In this document: positions 20,182 through 31,900 of the stretch, in pieces | Position numbering within the stretch: position 1 is the first letter of the stretch | Layout: the number at the start of each line of letters is the position of its first letter | Assembly: GCA_964035575.1 (NCBI GenBank) | Contig: OZ037835.1 | Location: 1-64,000, forward strand | Length of the DNA stretch: 64,000 nucleotides | Direction: 5' to 3' | Source of the DNA: Rhynchopus sp. YZ270_cl-10 | Taxonomy: Eukaryota | Made by a program: the position numbers and the translations under genes | Notes under the pieces: generated by a model | What the model saw: only the letters and a program-made list of their open reading frames with translations | Database searches by the model: none | What the model was told of the DNA's origin: nothing

Positions 20182-23100
20182 GGTGACGGGCTAAAAAACC
20201 TGTCGTTCTTGTGTGACACTTCCATGGAAACGTGATGAGGACCTCTCTTTTTTTACAGGTGGTTTTTTTTTGTATGCACCTCACGCACTGGGCAGGTGGT
20301 CCGCTATTCGCTTCCCACGGGGCGCTCGCGTGCGCGCTTCGCGCGCCCGCTCGCGGTAACGTGTACAAAAAAACTTCACTTGTGCCTTCATGAACTGGCT
20401 TTTCAGGTGAAAAGTGGCCTGGTAAAAAGAGGTGTTTTTGTGGTAAACGCCAGATGGTCAAAAGAGTGATCTGACCATATTCCCCAGGTATAACTGGTAC
20501 TCAAAAAGTTCATTAACGAAGGAATCTTGCACTTTTGACCATCACATATTACATGTGTTTTTTCAGGTTTTTCAATGCACTTTCCTGTACTGGGAAGCAT
20601 GCCACAAGTTTCATGTTTTACAAGGTAAAAATGACCAAAAAAGCTGATTTTTGGCCGAATGCCACATGTCATTTGGCAGTCCATTTGGTGACGGGCTAAA
20701 AAACCTGTCGTTCTTGTGTGACACTTCCATGGAAACGTGATGAGGACCTCACCTTTTTTTACAGGTGGTTTTTTTTGTAAGGACCTCACACACTGGGCAG
20801 GCGGTCAGCTATTCGCTTCCCGCGGGGCGTTCGCGTGCGCGCTTCGCGCGCCCGCTCACGGTAACGTGTACAAAAAAACCTCACTCGTGCCTTCATGAAC
20901 TGGCCTGTAAAGTGGCCTGTAAAAAGTGGTGTTTTTGTGGTAAACGCCAGATGGTCAAAAGAGTGATCTGAGCATATTCCCCAGGTATAACTGGTACTCA
21001 AAAAGTTCATTAACGAAGGAATCTTGCACTTTTGACCATCACATATTAGATGTGTTTTTTCAGGTTTTTCAATGCACTTTCCTGTACTGGGAAGCATGCC
21101 ACAAGTGTCATGTTTTACAAGGCAAAAATGACCAAAAAAGCTGATTTTTGGCCGAATGCCACATGTCATTTGGCAGTCCAATTTCTGAACACGACTGAAA
21201 AAAAATTTTTTTTTGGGCCTCAATACCCCCAAACAACACGTTAAGCCCAAAAAATTCACTTTTGGATGAGCAACTATATATTTAAAAAAATCGATTTGGT
21301 GACGGGCTAAAAAACCTGTCGTTCTTGTGTGACACTTCCATGGAAACGTGATGAGGACCTCACCTTTTTTTACAGGTGGTTTTTTTTGTAAGGACCTCAC
21401 ACACTGGGCAGGCGGTCAGCTATTCGCTTCCCGCGGGGCGTTCGCGTGCGCGCTTCGCGCGCCCGCTCACGGTAACGCATCACAAAAAAACCTCACTCGT
21501 GCCTTCACGAACTGGCCTGTAAAGTGGCCTGTAAAAAGTGGTGTTTTTGTGGTAAACGCCAGATGGTCAAAAGAGTGATCTGACCATATTCCCCAGGTAT
21601 AACTGGTACTCAAATAGTTCATTAACGAAGGAATCTTGCACTTTTGACCATCACATATTACATGTGTTTTTTCAGGTTTTTCAATGCACTTTCCTGTACT
21701 GGGAAGCATGCCACAAGTGTCATGTTTTACAAGGCAAAAATGACCAAAAAAGCTGATTTTTGGCCGAATGCCACATGTCATTTGGCAGTCCAATTTCTGA
21801 ACACGACTGAAAAAAAATTTTTTTTTGGGCCTCAATACCCCCAAACAACACGTTAAGCCCAAAAAATTCACTTTTGGATGAGCAACTATTTATTTAAAAA
21901 AATCGATTTTTTGGTCAAATCCCCCTGGTGGTGAGGGGGTGTGTGTGTGTGTGTGTGTGGGTGTGTGTGGGTGTGCTGTGTGTGGGTGTGTAGTGTGTGT
22001 GGTGTGGGTGGCGCACATCTCTATAGTAAAGACTAAAAAACTAAGGTTTTTTAGGATTTTTTGGTCAAATCCCCTCTGGTGGTGAGGGGGTGTGTGTGTG
22101 TGTGTGTGGGTGTGTGTGGGTGTGTGTGTGTAGTGTGTGTGGTGTGGGTGGCGCACATCTCTATAGTAAAGACTAAAAAACTAAGGTTTTTTAGGATTTG
22201 GTGACGGGCTAAAAAACCTGTCGTTCTTGTGTGACACTTCCATGGAAACGTGATGAGGACCACACTTTTTTTACAGGTGGTTTTTTTTGTAAGCACCTCA
22301 CGCACTGGGCAGGCGGTCAGCTATTCGCTTCCCGCGGGGCGTTCGCGTGCGCGCTTCGCGCGCCCGCTCACGGTAACGCATCACAAAAAAACCTCACTCA
22401 TGCCTTCATGAACTGGCTTTTCAGGTGAAATGTGCCCTGTTAAAAAGTGGTGTTTTTGTGGTACATGACAGATGGTCAAAAGAGTGATCTGACCATATTC
22501 CCCAGGTATAACTGGTACTCAAAAAGTTCATTAACGAAGGAATCTTGCACTTTTGACCATCACATATTACATGTGTTTTTTCAGGTTTTTCAATGCACTT
22601 TCCTGTACTGGGAAGCATGCCACAAGTGTCATGTTTTACAAGGTAAAAATGACCAAAAAAGCTGATTTTTGGCCGAATGCCACATGTCATTTGGCAGTCC
22701 AATTTCTGAACACGACTGAAAAAAAATTTTTTTTTGGGCCTCAATACCCCCAAACAACACGTTAAGCCCAAAAAATTCATTTTTGGATGAGCAACTATTT
22801 ATTTAAAAAAATCGATTTGGTGACGGGCTAAAAAACCTGTCGTTCTTGTGTGACACTTCCATGGAAACGTGATGAGGACCTCACTTTTTTTTACAGGTGG
22901 TTTTTTTTGTAAGCACCTCACACACTGGGCAGGCGGTCAGCTATTCGCTTCCCGCGGGGCGTTCGCGTGCGCGCTTCGCGCGCCCGCTCACGGTAACGTG
23001 TACAAAAAAACCTCACTCGTGCCTGTAAAGTGGCCTGTTAAAAAGTGGTGTTTTTGTGGTAAACGCCAGATGGTCAAAAGAGTGATCTGACCATATTCCC

Positions 23101-24145
23101 CAGGTATAACTGGTACTCAAAAAGTTCATTAACGAAGGAATCTTGCACTTTTGACCATCACATATTACATGTGTTTTTTCAGGTTTTTCAATGCACTTTC
23201 CTGTACTGGGAAGCATGCCACAAGTGTCATGTTTTACAAGGTAAAAATGACCAAAAAAGCTGATTTTTGGCCGAATGCCACATGTCATTTGGCAGTCCAT
23301 TTTCTGAACACGACTGAAAAAAAATTTTTTTTTGGGCCTCAATACCCCCAAACAACACGTTAAGCCCAAAAAATTCACTTTTGGATGAGCAACTATTTGG
23401 TGACGGGCTAAAAAACCTGTCGTTCTTGTGTGACACTTCCATGGAAACGTGATGAGGACCTCACCTTTTTTTACAGGTGGTTTTTTTTGTAAGGACCTCA
23501 CACACTGGGCTGGCGGTCAGCTATTCGCTTCCCGCGGGGCGTTCGCGTGCGCGCTTCGCGCGCCCGCTCACGGTAACGTGTACAAAAAAACCTCACTCGT
23601 GCCTTCATGAACTGGCCTGTAAAGTGGCCTGTAAAAAGTGGTGTTTTTGTGGTAAACGCCAGATGGTCAAAAGAGTGATCTGAGCATATTCCCCAGGTAT
23701 AACTGGTACTCAAAAAGTTCATTAACGAAGGAATCTTGCACTTTTGACCATCACATATTAGATGTGTTTTTTCAGGTTTTTCAATGCACTTTCCTGTACT
23801 GGGAAGCATGCCACAAGTGTCATGTTTTACAAGGCAAAAATGACCAAAAAAGCTGATTTTTGGCCGAATGCCACATGTCATTTGGCAGTCCAATTTCTGA
23901 ACACGACTGAAAAAAAATTTTTTTTTGGGCCTCAATACCCCCAAACAACACGTTAAGCCCAAAAAATTCACTTTTGGATGAGCAACTATTTATTTAAAAA
24001 AATCGATTTTTTGGTCAAATCCCCTCTGGTGGTGAGGGGGTGTGTGTGTGTGTGTGTGGGTGTGTGTGTGTGTGGGTGTGTAGTGTGTGTGGTGTGGGTG
24101 GCGCACATCTCTATAGTAAAGACTAAAAAACTAAGGTTTTTTAGG
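20182..24145. mobile_element. Nested/tandem array of a ~760-bp non-autonomous element bounded by ATTT (family A; full unit e.g. 21298-22055)
   Basis: Fixed ends GGTGACGGGCTAAAAAACC and GGTTTTTTAGG; every junction is at ATTT; internal GC hairpin and (GT)n tract. Confidence 0.75.
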
Positions 24146-24593
24146 ATTTTGGCATAATGCCAAGTGTCATTTACTAAAGAAATTTTTGAACAGGACTGTC
24201 TTAATATTTTTTTTTCCGCCTCAATATCCCCAAACTACACAATGTACCCAAAAAAGTCACTTTCTGATGAGCAAAAGTTTAGTGAAATGTTTCGAAAAAT
24301 CCACCTGTGGTGAGGGGGGTGTGTGGGTGTGTGGGTGTGTGGGGGGGTCTCTTTAGGATAAAATATGGGGGGAAAGGTCTTTTTTGGTTAATAGCGCCGA
24401 AAAAACGGCAGCGAGGTATGTGGTCATGAGGGCGAGACTGGGGAAACACAACACAAAATACTGATGAAGGTGGTGGTGAGATTTCCCCGTAACGTCCTCA
24501 ACCAACCTTGCCGAAGCAAGTGGTAAGCAATAACAACAAAAGGGCACGTAGCAATAGAGAAATGGTACGCGCAAAAAAAAAAAAAAAAAAAAA

Positions 24594-27500
24594 GTGCGGA
24601 GCTGGGGCTGAAGGTGAAGCTGTCAAAGTGTGAAGTCATCGCCCTAGGACAGCAGACTCCGTTGGACCTGGACAGAGCTGGCCTCCCCGTGTGCAGCCAC
24701 ACCACTGACTTGGCGGAGACTTGCTCAGCCTGTGAAGGAAAAGTGATGAGCGTGAAGTATGGAGGCTTTGCGTTCCTGGGGGCGCCAATCGGGGACGACG
24801 AGTACTGCGAAGCGTACATGGAGAAGAAGGTGGAGGAATTCGCGGTGCAACTGCGTCTGCTGCAGAAGGTGTCTGACTCGCAGGCTGGACTGACATTACT
24901 CCGTCAGTGCGAGGGGTTTGCACGCATGGTTTTCTACATGAGAGCCATTGGTCACGCGTGCACCCACAAGTACCTCAGCCAGTACGACAAGGAGGTAGAC
25001 GCTGCCCTGGCCGCGCTTTTTGGTGATGAGGATGGAGGCCTGCCGGAAGAAGCACGGAGACAGGCCGCACTGCCATGTAGGGTAGGGGGCATGGGCGTGC
25101 GCCGCATCCGCGACCACTGGACTGCAGCAGCCATGGGAGCAAGGAGCGGCCTGCACCAACTGTGCACCGAACTGGACCCCAGCTTCACCTGGGACGCCGA
25201 AGGATGGGAACGGACGGCAACGCTGTACAACGAGCAAGTGGCTGAAGGTGCTAGGATTGACCCCAAGCTGCAGCCAGCCGTCCCCCTGCGTCAACGTGAT
25301 CTGTCTGCAGGGATCCTGGAGGAACAATTGCGGGACCTCTTCGTCAAGGGTGATGCGTACGACAAGGCGCGTCTCAATTCTCTGGCCCTCCCCCAAGCAG
25401 GGTCCTGGCTTACTGCACCCCCCACCTGGGAGCACTACATCCCTCCGATTGCATTCAAGGCCGCAGCCAGACTCCGCCTCCACCTCCCCATATACGCGGA
25501 GGGTGTCTCATGCAGGCAATGCAACCAGCCCATGGACACCAGGGGGGACCACATCTTCGCCTGCAGAATGGGTGGGCATCGTATACTGCGACATAACTCA
25601 GTACGCGATTATGTGTATGGAGCAGCAAATGAGGCAGGTCTGAGCCCCATCCTGGAACCCAACCACCTCATCCTGGGCAACAACAAGCCCGCTGACATTC
25701 TGCTGTCCACAGGGGTCGGGGAGTCGAGAGGACGAGCTATCGATGTGACTGTGTGGACGCCGACGTCAGCGTCGATGGTGCAGGGTGCCGCAGTCGCGAA
25801 GGGGTACGCGGCGACGAAGGCGGAAACTGCCAAGAGGAAGAAGCATGGTGACGCGTGTGCGGCGGAGCGGCTGGCGTTCACACCCTTCGCCCTGGAGACC
25901 ACAGGAGGTCTGGGACCCGCGGCGGCGTCGATATGGCAGCAGATGCTCCGTTTCGCAGCGGACAGGAAGCTTGGGAACAGAGTGGAGATGTCACAGAGGT
26001 GGAATTGGGGGCTAGGGACGACGCTGCAGCGACAGATCGGGAAGGCCGCGACGGATCGAGGGTCTCTGACTGGTTGCCTGAGGGGTCCTCTGCGAGAGCG
26101 TGTGGACTTAGATCCCACCGTCGACCCGGAAGAGGGGGACTTGATACGCTTGCCCCCCGACCATCTACCTAACCTGGAAGTGACAGACGACCACCAGGGA
26201 GACATCAGGGTGAGTGCGGAGGAGGAGCCAGAGACAGGCAACGAGAAGGAAACGGCGCCAGAGACAGCAGCACAGGACCCAACCCCCCACAGCGAACTGG
26301 AGGCCAACTTGGTGAAGTGGGGGCTGTCCCGACCGCAGGTGCCCGTGCCGTTCCGAGTAGGAGACTGTGCGTTCGACGCAGTGTGCTGGTCAGTGCGGAG
26401 CTGGAAGGTGGTGACATCGTCGACCCTTCGGTCCCTGGCGGTGGAGAGAGTGAAGAGAGATGCTGACCTGGCGAGAAATGCGATGCCCGACCTCGCGACC
26501 TGGGTGCGATGGATGAGCCTGGCAGGGAACAGGGATCGCAGGTCGTGGGCGGACCAGACAGCACTGGCGGGTCTGGCACGGGCTTTGCAGGTAGTCATTG
26601 TGGCGGTCGTGTCATCGGACTCTAAGGTGCACATCCATAGACCAGCCAGCAAGTCGAACGGGGCCGTAGCAGTGCTGCACACAGGAGCTCACGAGGCTGG
26701 CCACTTCTCGCCGTTATGCATGACAGACAACACGTTTGCATATCTGCGAAGCCTTGCCCCCGACACCCCCCTTCCAGAGATGCAGTGCCACAGCACCGGA
26801 GCGCTGTCACGGATGGAGGAGCGCCCGGGGAGACAGGGGGAATTGCTCACGTGCGAAAACTGCGCACTCATCACCGAATGTAGTGTCCCCCACTGGTTTT
26901 GTAGTTCCTGCGAGCGCACATGGTGTGAGGGATGTGGGAGCGCCAACGCAAAGTGTGTGCTGAGGGCAAAGCCAGTTCAGCCAGTTCAGCCAGTTCAGCC
27001 GACAACATCGCAGACAGTGGGAGGTAGCTACTACAACAGCAACCCAGCTCCCCCACAGGACGCGGCAACGGAGGTGAAGGAGGAGGTTATGGATGAGGAG
27101 GATTCCGCCGACTGCGCCGACCACGACACCACCATGGACAACAACACCGCAACCGCAGCAGAATCCTTCGTCTGGGGGCCATCAGAGCAGAGCTACAACA
27201 CCACACCAACAGCTCTGACTGGTGACCACCACTTGGGTTCAGCGAAGACTGGTGGATGGACGGCTAAGTCCCACGCGGAAAGAAGGACGAAGCTGACCAC
27301 CCTTGGGACTTCGCGGCGGGCGCAGGGGAACCACACTCGTCGCTCCGGTGTAGTGGAGGACAGGTCTGCGGAGACCACAGCAAGGCGGCCTTCTCCCCCT
27401 ATCTCGCGAGGGTCGGATGTGGAGGCGAAAGGGTTAGTCCCACACAGCCAGAAGGAAGGGGACAGGGTGCCGAGAAATGTCGAAGAGTGGGCGGACTGCT

Positions 27501-28507
27501 TCTTCCCCAGGGGAGGGACCAGGCGAGAGGGAATGACTCCCTTGGCACCGGAGGTGGCGTACGAGGCGCTGGACGCGTGGTGGGATCAGCGGGAGGAGCT
27601 GGGGCGCGTCGGAGGACGGCAGACGAGTCAGTACGGGGCGCTTAGGGCGGTCCTGGTGCTGATGATGGAGGCGACCTTCAAATAGAAGGGCCTCGCGATT
27701 GGTTGTGATTGTGGTTTATGTGGGCACTGTTGCCCTTCCCTTCTCTGTTATTTTCCCCCACCCCAACTTTTGTGTGTAGCAACACCTGTTTAGTTCCCTG
27801 TTTCCTTTTTACCCCCAACCCCTCCCATTAGATACATGTGTGTAATCCCCCTGGTGTCAAGCCCCTTGTATGTAAATTCCAAATCTTCCCCCTCACAGAA
27901 AACGTCAGGAGTAAGCCAAGGAGGCGGTTTGTCTGTGGGCGTCGGCCTAGGAGTAAGCGACGGAGATTTTTTCCCCCACCCCATCCCCTACGAGTTCCAT
28001 GGGGGGTCGCTACTGGCGTTAATCATCCAAACAAAAAAGACTACAAGAGACAAAACAAAAGTAACAAGAAAGGAACTTCGTATTGTAAAAAGAAAGCCCC
28101 ATCCCGCCCCTTCCTCCCCTCCAGAACCAGCTGGGCACCAATACTGGAAATACAGCAAAACCACACAGACTGGACAGTCTATATTCACCCCTGCCTCTCC
28201 CGTGTTAATGTTCACCCCTCCTTTATCCCAAATTGTCATAGAGCTAAATATAGTTGTATGCCTCGCTTCGCTCGGCAAACAACGATACATAATAGGGCGA
28301 CATGCTGATGACAAATATCTCCCTCGTTTAATTCACTTTTGTGCCTCGTTCTAACTAAACCGGCACATGTACTGATTGTAAGACTTTTGGCCCTCGCTTC
28401 GCTCGGACCAAGCGCCTTTCATGTGCATTATAAACGTACCCCCCTTGCCCTGTCCAGTTTGATGTGGAACAAAAAAAAGTCGAGCCTAGGGCTAAGTTGA
28501 ACAACAC

Positions 28508-28540
<33 letters not shown>
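24594..28540 (+). mobile_element. 5'-truncated CRE-like non-LTR retrotransposon, family 1
   Basis: Matches 32848-36800; begins after the YLDD motif; poly(A) tail; preceded by an A-tract. Confidence 0.93.
24614..27685 (+). pseudogene. Truncated ORF (RT C-terminus, CCHC, RLE, OTU, Zn finger)
   Basis: Identical to the C-terminal part of the 2334-aa ORF; lacks the RT catalytic core. Confidence 0.85.
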
Positions 28541-28544
<4 letters not shown>

Positions 28545-28667
28545 CTATTTTCCTCCCAAAGAAGAGAAAAAATACCCCCTTTCCACTTGATTTCAAAACT
28601 GTTTCACTCATTTTTATTGTTTGCGATTTTACCTTCGCAATTTTCTACCTTCGGTCTAACCTGTCAA

Positions 28668-28701
<34 letters not shown>

Positions 28702-28704
<3 letters not shown>

Positions 28705-28874
28705 GCACACACGTTTTGCTACACACTACCCCATCTTGTCCTTTGCTTCTCCCCTTATCCCCTTTCCCCCACTTGTTTTCCCCCTTGTGTGGGTCCTACC
28801 TGTCGCCTCCTAGTGGCGTGTCCTGGGCAGAGAGAAGGCCGTTGAGTAGTTCCTCTCTGGCGAAGTGCAGGTAG
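28702..28874 (+). ncRNA. HDV-like self-cleaving ribozyme
   Basis: P1 GGGGCAC/GTGTCCT, P2 TACCTGT/GCAGGTA, P3 GCC/GGC, L3 TCCTAGT, P1.1 GG, P4 CAGAGAG/CTCTCTG, J4/2 GCGAA. Confidence 0.82.
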
Positions 28875-28934
28875 AGACGTGTATTTTGTCTTCCTTGTCC
28901 TTTTGTTTTTTACTGTTTTGACTTTTTTGTTTTC

Positions 28935-31900
28935 TTGGTGGTGAAGATGTGCAGGTGGAGTGCCCAGCTTTGGGCTATGGTGCTCCTGTGTGGAGCCATG
29001 GATGATGGCGGGGGTGACAGCCGAAGCTGGTGCAGCAACATGAGCAACATGCGCAGCAGCAGCAGCATGAGCAGGAGCAGCATGAGCAGCAGCATGAGCA
29101 GCAGCAGCATGTGCAGCAGCAGCATGAGCAGCAGCATCGTGAGCAGGAGCACTGCCATCAACATCAGTACCTCCCACGGTTGCGGCAGGCACGTATCGCG
29201 AGTGGGCTCCTCAACACCAACTCAGCACTCTCAGGTACCACGTTCTCGCTGCAGCAACATGAGCAGCCATGACTGGAGTGATGGCCTCTATGGCAGCGTC
29301 TACTGCAACAATAGCGGCTCCAACAACCACACCAGCAACATCTACACCTGCAGCAATGGCCGCAAGGGCTTCATGTGCAGCGGCTACAGAAGCTGCAGGT
29401 GCACCCCCATTCCCCCCCATTATTACCCCAAAAAGAGGCCTGTGCCCAACAACCCAAGCGGCTGCAGCTTTGATAGCAGCAACAACAACAACAACTACAA
29501 CAACGGTGGCAGACACTGGATGCGTGGGCGGACACTAGATGTGCGGGCGGACAGCATCAGCAGCAACAACAGCAACTACAACAACAGTGGCAGACAGTGG
29601 ATGCGCGGGCGGACACTAGATGTGCGGGCGGGCAGCATCAGCAGCAACAACAACAACAACTACAACAACAGTGGCAGACAGTGGATGCGCGGGTGGACAC
29701 TAGATGTGCGGGCGGACAGCATCAGCAGCAACAACAGCAACTACAACAACGGTGGCAGACAGCGGATGCGCGGGCGGACACAGGATGTGCGGGCGGACAG
29801 TATCAGCAGCAACAACAGCAACTACAACAACAACCGTAACACCAGCAACAACAACAGCATCAGCGGCACCTGCAGCAGCACCGACAGCAACAGCAACAGC
29901 AGCAGCAGCAACTGCAGCAACAACACTGTAGGTGGGGGTGAGCGAGGTATGCTGGTGTTCGGGGCCAGCCTTGCGGGGCGAGAAGGACAGAGTTACTGTG
30001 TGACGTTACGGGTGTGGGGGACCTTTATCACCCCCAATGTTCACATGGGGCGTGCAGAACATGGGCTTGGGTTTGACTGGTGGAGCATCCTTTGGGAACG
30101 CCTTTCTTCTCTGCGCCGACCAGACCCCCGCTGGGTAGCCGAGGCACCTGAGTGGGGTGTGTTTGTGTCTTTCGCGGTCCTGGACATGTGGAAGGACAGA
30201 CGCGCCCCTACCCTCAGTCACCTCATATTGTGGCTGGTGGGTAGGAGGGGGACCAGGAGGACGCGCCGAGGTCACAGGTCCTTGAACTGGACCAAGGCAC
30301 AGGCGAGCAGGTTCCGTCGGCGCAAGGCGCCATGCAAGCGTCCGCCCTCTCAACTTTTCCGCAGGATAAGGGCAGCCGTTGTGAGAGTGGCTTTGCAGTG
30401 GGTGGCCATCTGGGCTCTGGTTTGCGTGGGGTATGAGCTTGGGAGATCGGCGCCACGGGCTTTGGGTTGTGCACTGATCCGGGACGCAGAGCTGCTGAGT
30501 GTGCTGCTGAGGAAGGGGCTCCTACAGGGCCGATACAGAGCACGTAGCGGGAGGCTGTGGTTGCGAGTACTTGCCAGCAGGGTGTGGGTTTTCATGCAGA
30601 GGTTGAGGCGACCGGCGGGGACAGGGGACGGGTGGGAGCTGTCACCTCAGAGCATAAGCCTGGGGCCCGGGGCGCTGGCAGGTGGAGCAGACGGGGACAT
30701 CAACCCGGAGGAGGCGGCAAACCTTGACGCATTCCTCGAGGTGCATGGGGGGAAGAGGGTGCCGAACGCAGCCAACGGCGAGTGCATGTACGTGGCCTTA
30801 CTGGGTAAGAAGAACGCGCTGTACTTGGATGTCAGCAAAGCACGCACTGAGCTGGCTGACAGAGCGCGGGTCACGAAGGTGAAGACCGGTCTCAGACGCT
30901 ACTTCGAGACCGAGGCACAGCTGTCAAGCTTCATTGACGGCCTCACCAACCCTGAGGTGTGGGGCAACCACCTCACCCTACACCTGGCAGCAAATGCATG
31001 GTCCACCACGATAGCGGTAGTGCAGCCTGGGCCGAATCCAGTGGTGACGATCAACCCCGCAGCCTCATCGAAAGACTTGCGGACGCAGAAAGACCGCCGC
31101 GTCAGGGTAGTTTCACTCCTCAATAATCACTATGAGGAAGTGCAAATGGACCCAAAGAACGCCCTGGCAATGGTCCAGTCGGCCCCCTTCGCAGAGCTTG
31201 ACCCGAAAGGCCTAACAGCAACACCCATCCCTGCCATGACGAAGGAGTCGCCTTCTCCTCTGGGGGCTGATGCACCGAGGCTCTTCTGCCCTGTTCCGTG
31301 TTGCAACGGAAGCAGTCTACACCGTCCCCAGCCCTTCTCTGTTCCCGGCCTGCGCACACACATCGGTGCACACCTGTCTTCCGGCGACCACATCCCCCAC
31401 GACACCCTCAACAAGTTGGGGTTAGGACAGTGTGAAGCGTGTGGGGGGATACGGTCGGCATCGAAGGAGACATGTCTTCAGTGTGCGAAACTGGTAAAGG
31501 CGATCGCAAAGCCCACACCCAGGGAACGCACCGCAGTGGAAAAGGCAGACGACGTTGACTTGCCGGAGTGGTGGGAGATAGCTCAAATCCCCATCAGGAC
31601 AACAGATGCGATCCCCACGAGCATCGACCGTCCAGCCGCTGTGGAGTTCACCCAGGCACTTGAGGATGTGGCCGCAGTTGGCGATGAGGCAAGCTGGAAA
31701 CGTTTGTGCATGTTCGCGAAGCTGGTCCTACCGGCGAAGCGAGGTGGGAAGCACCTCAAGACGAAGGTGGCAGTCTTGCGGCAGAAGGATGTGGATGAGT
31801 GGAGAGAAGGTGAGATCGCAGCAATGTGGCGAGCAGCTGCGAATCGCACAGGCGGTACGAAGAAGGAGAAGGAGCGGAAGGAACCAACGTGGGAAGAAAG

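Noticed and set aside
20051..23971. Recurrent 60-200-aa ORFs in the ATTT repeats
   Set aside because: Frames vary with homopolymer length between copies and show no domain signal.
27836..28354. 156-172-aa ORFs in the family-1 3' UTR, and antisense ORFs such as the 357-aa one
   Set aside because: They recur only because the copies are identical; UTR-like composition or shadow frames of the real ORF.
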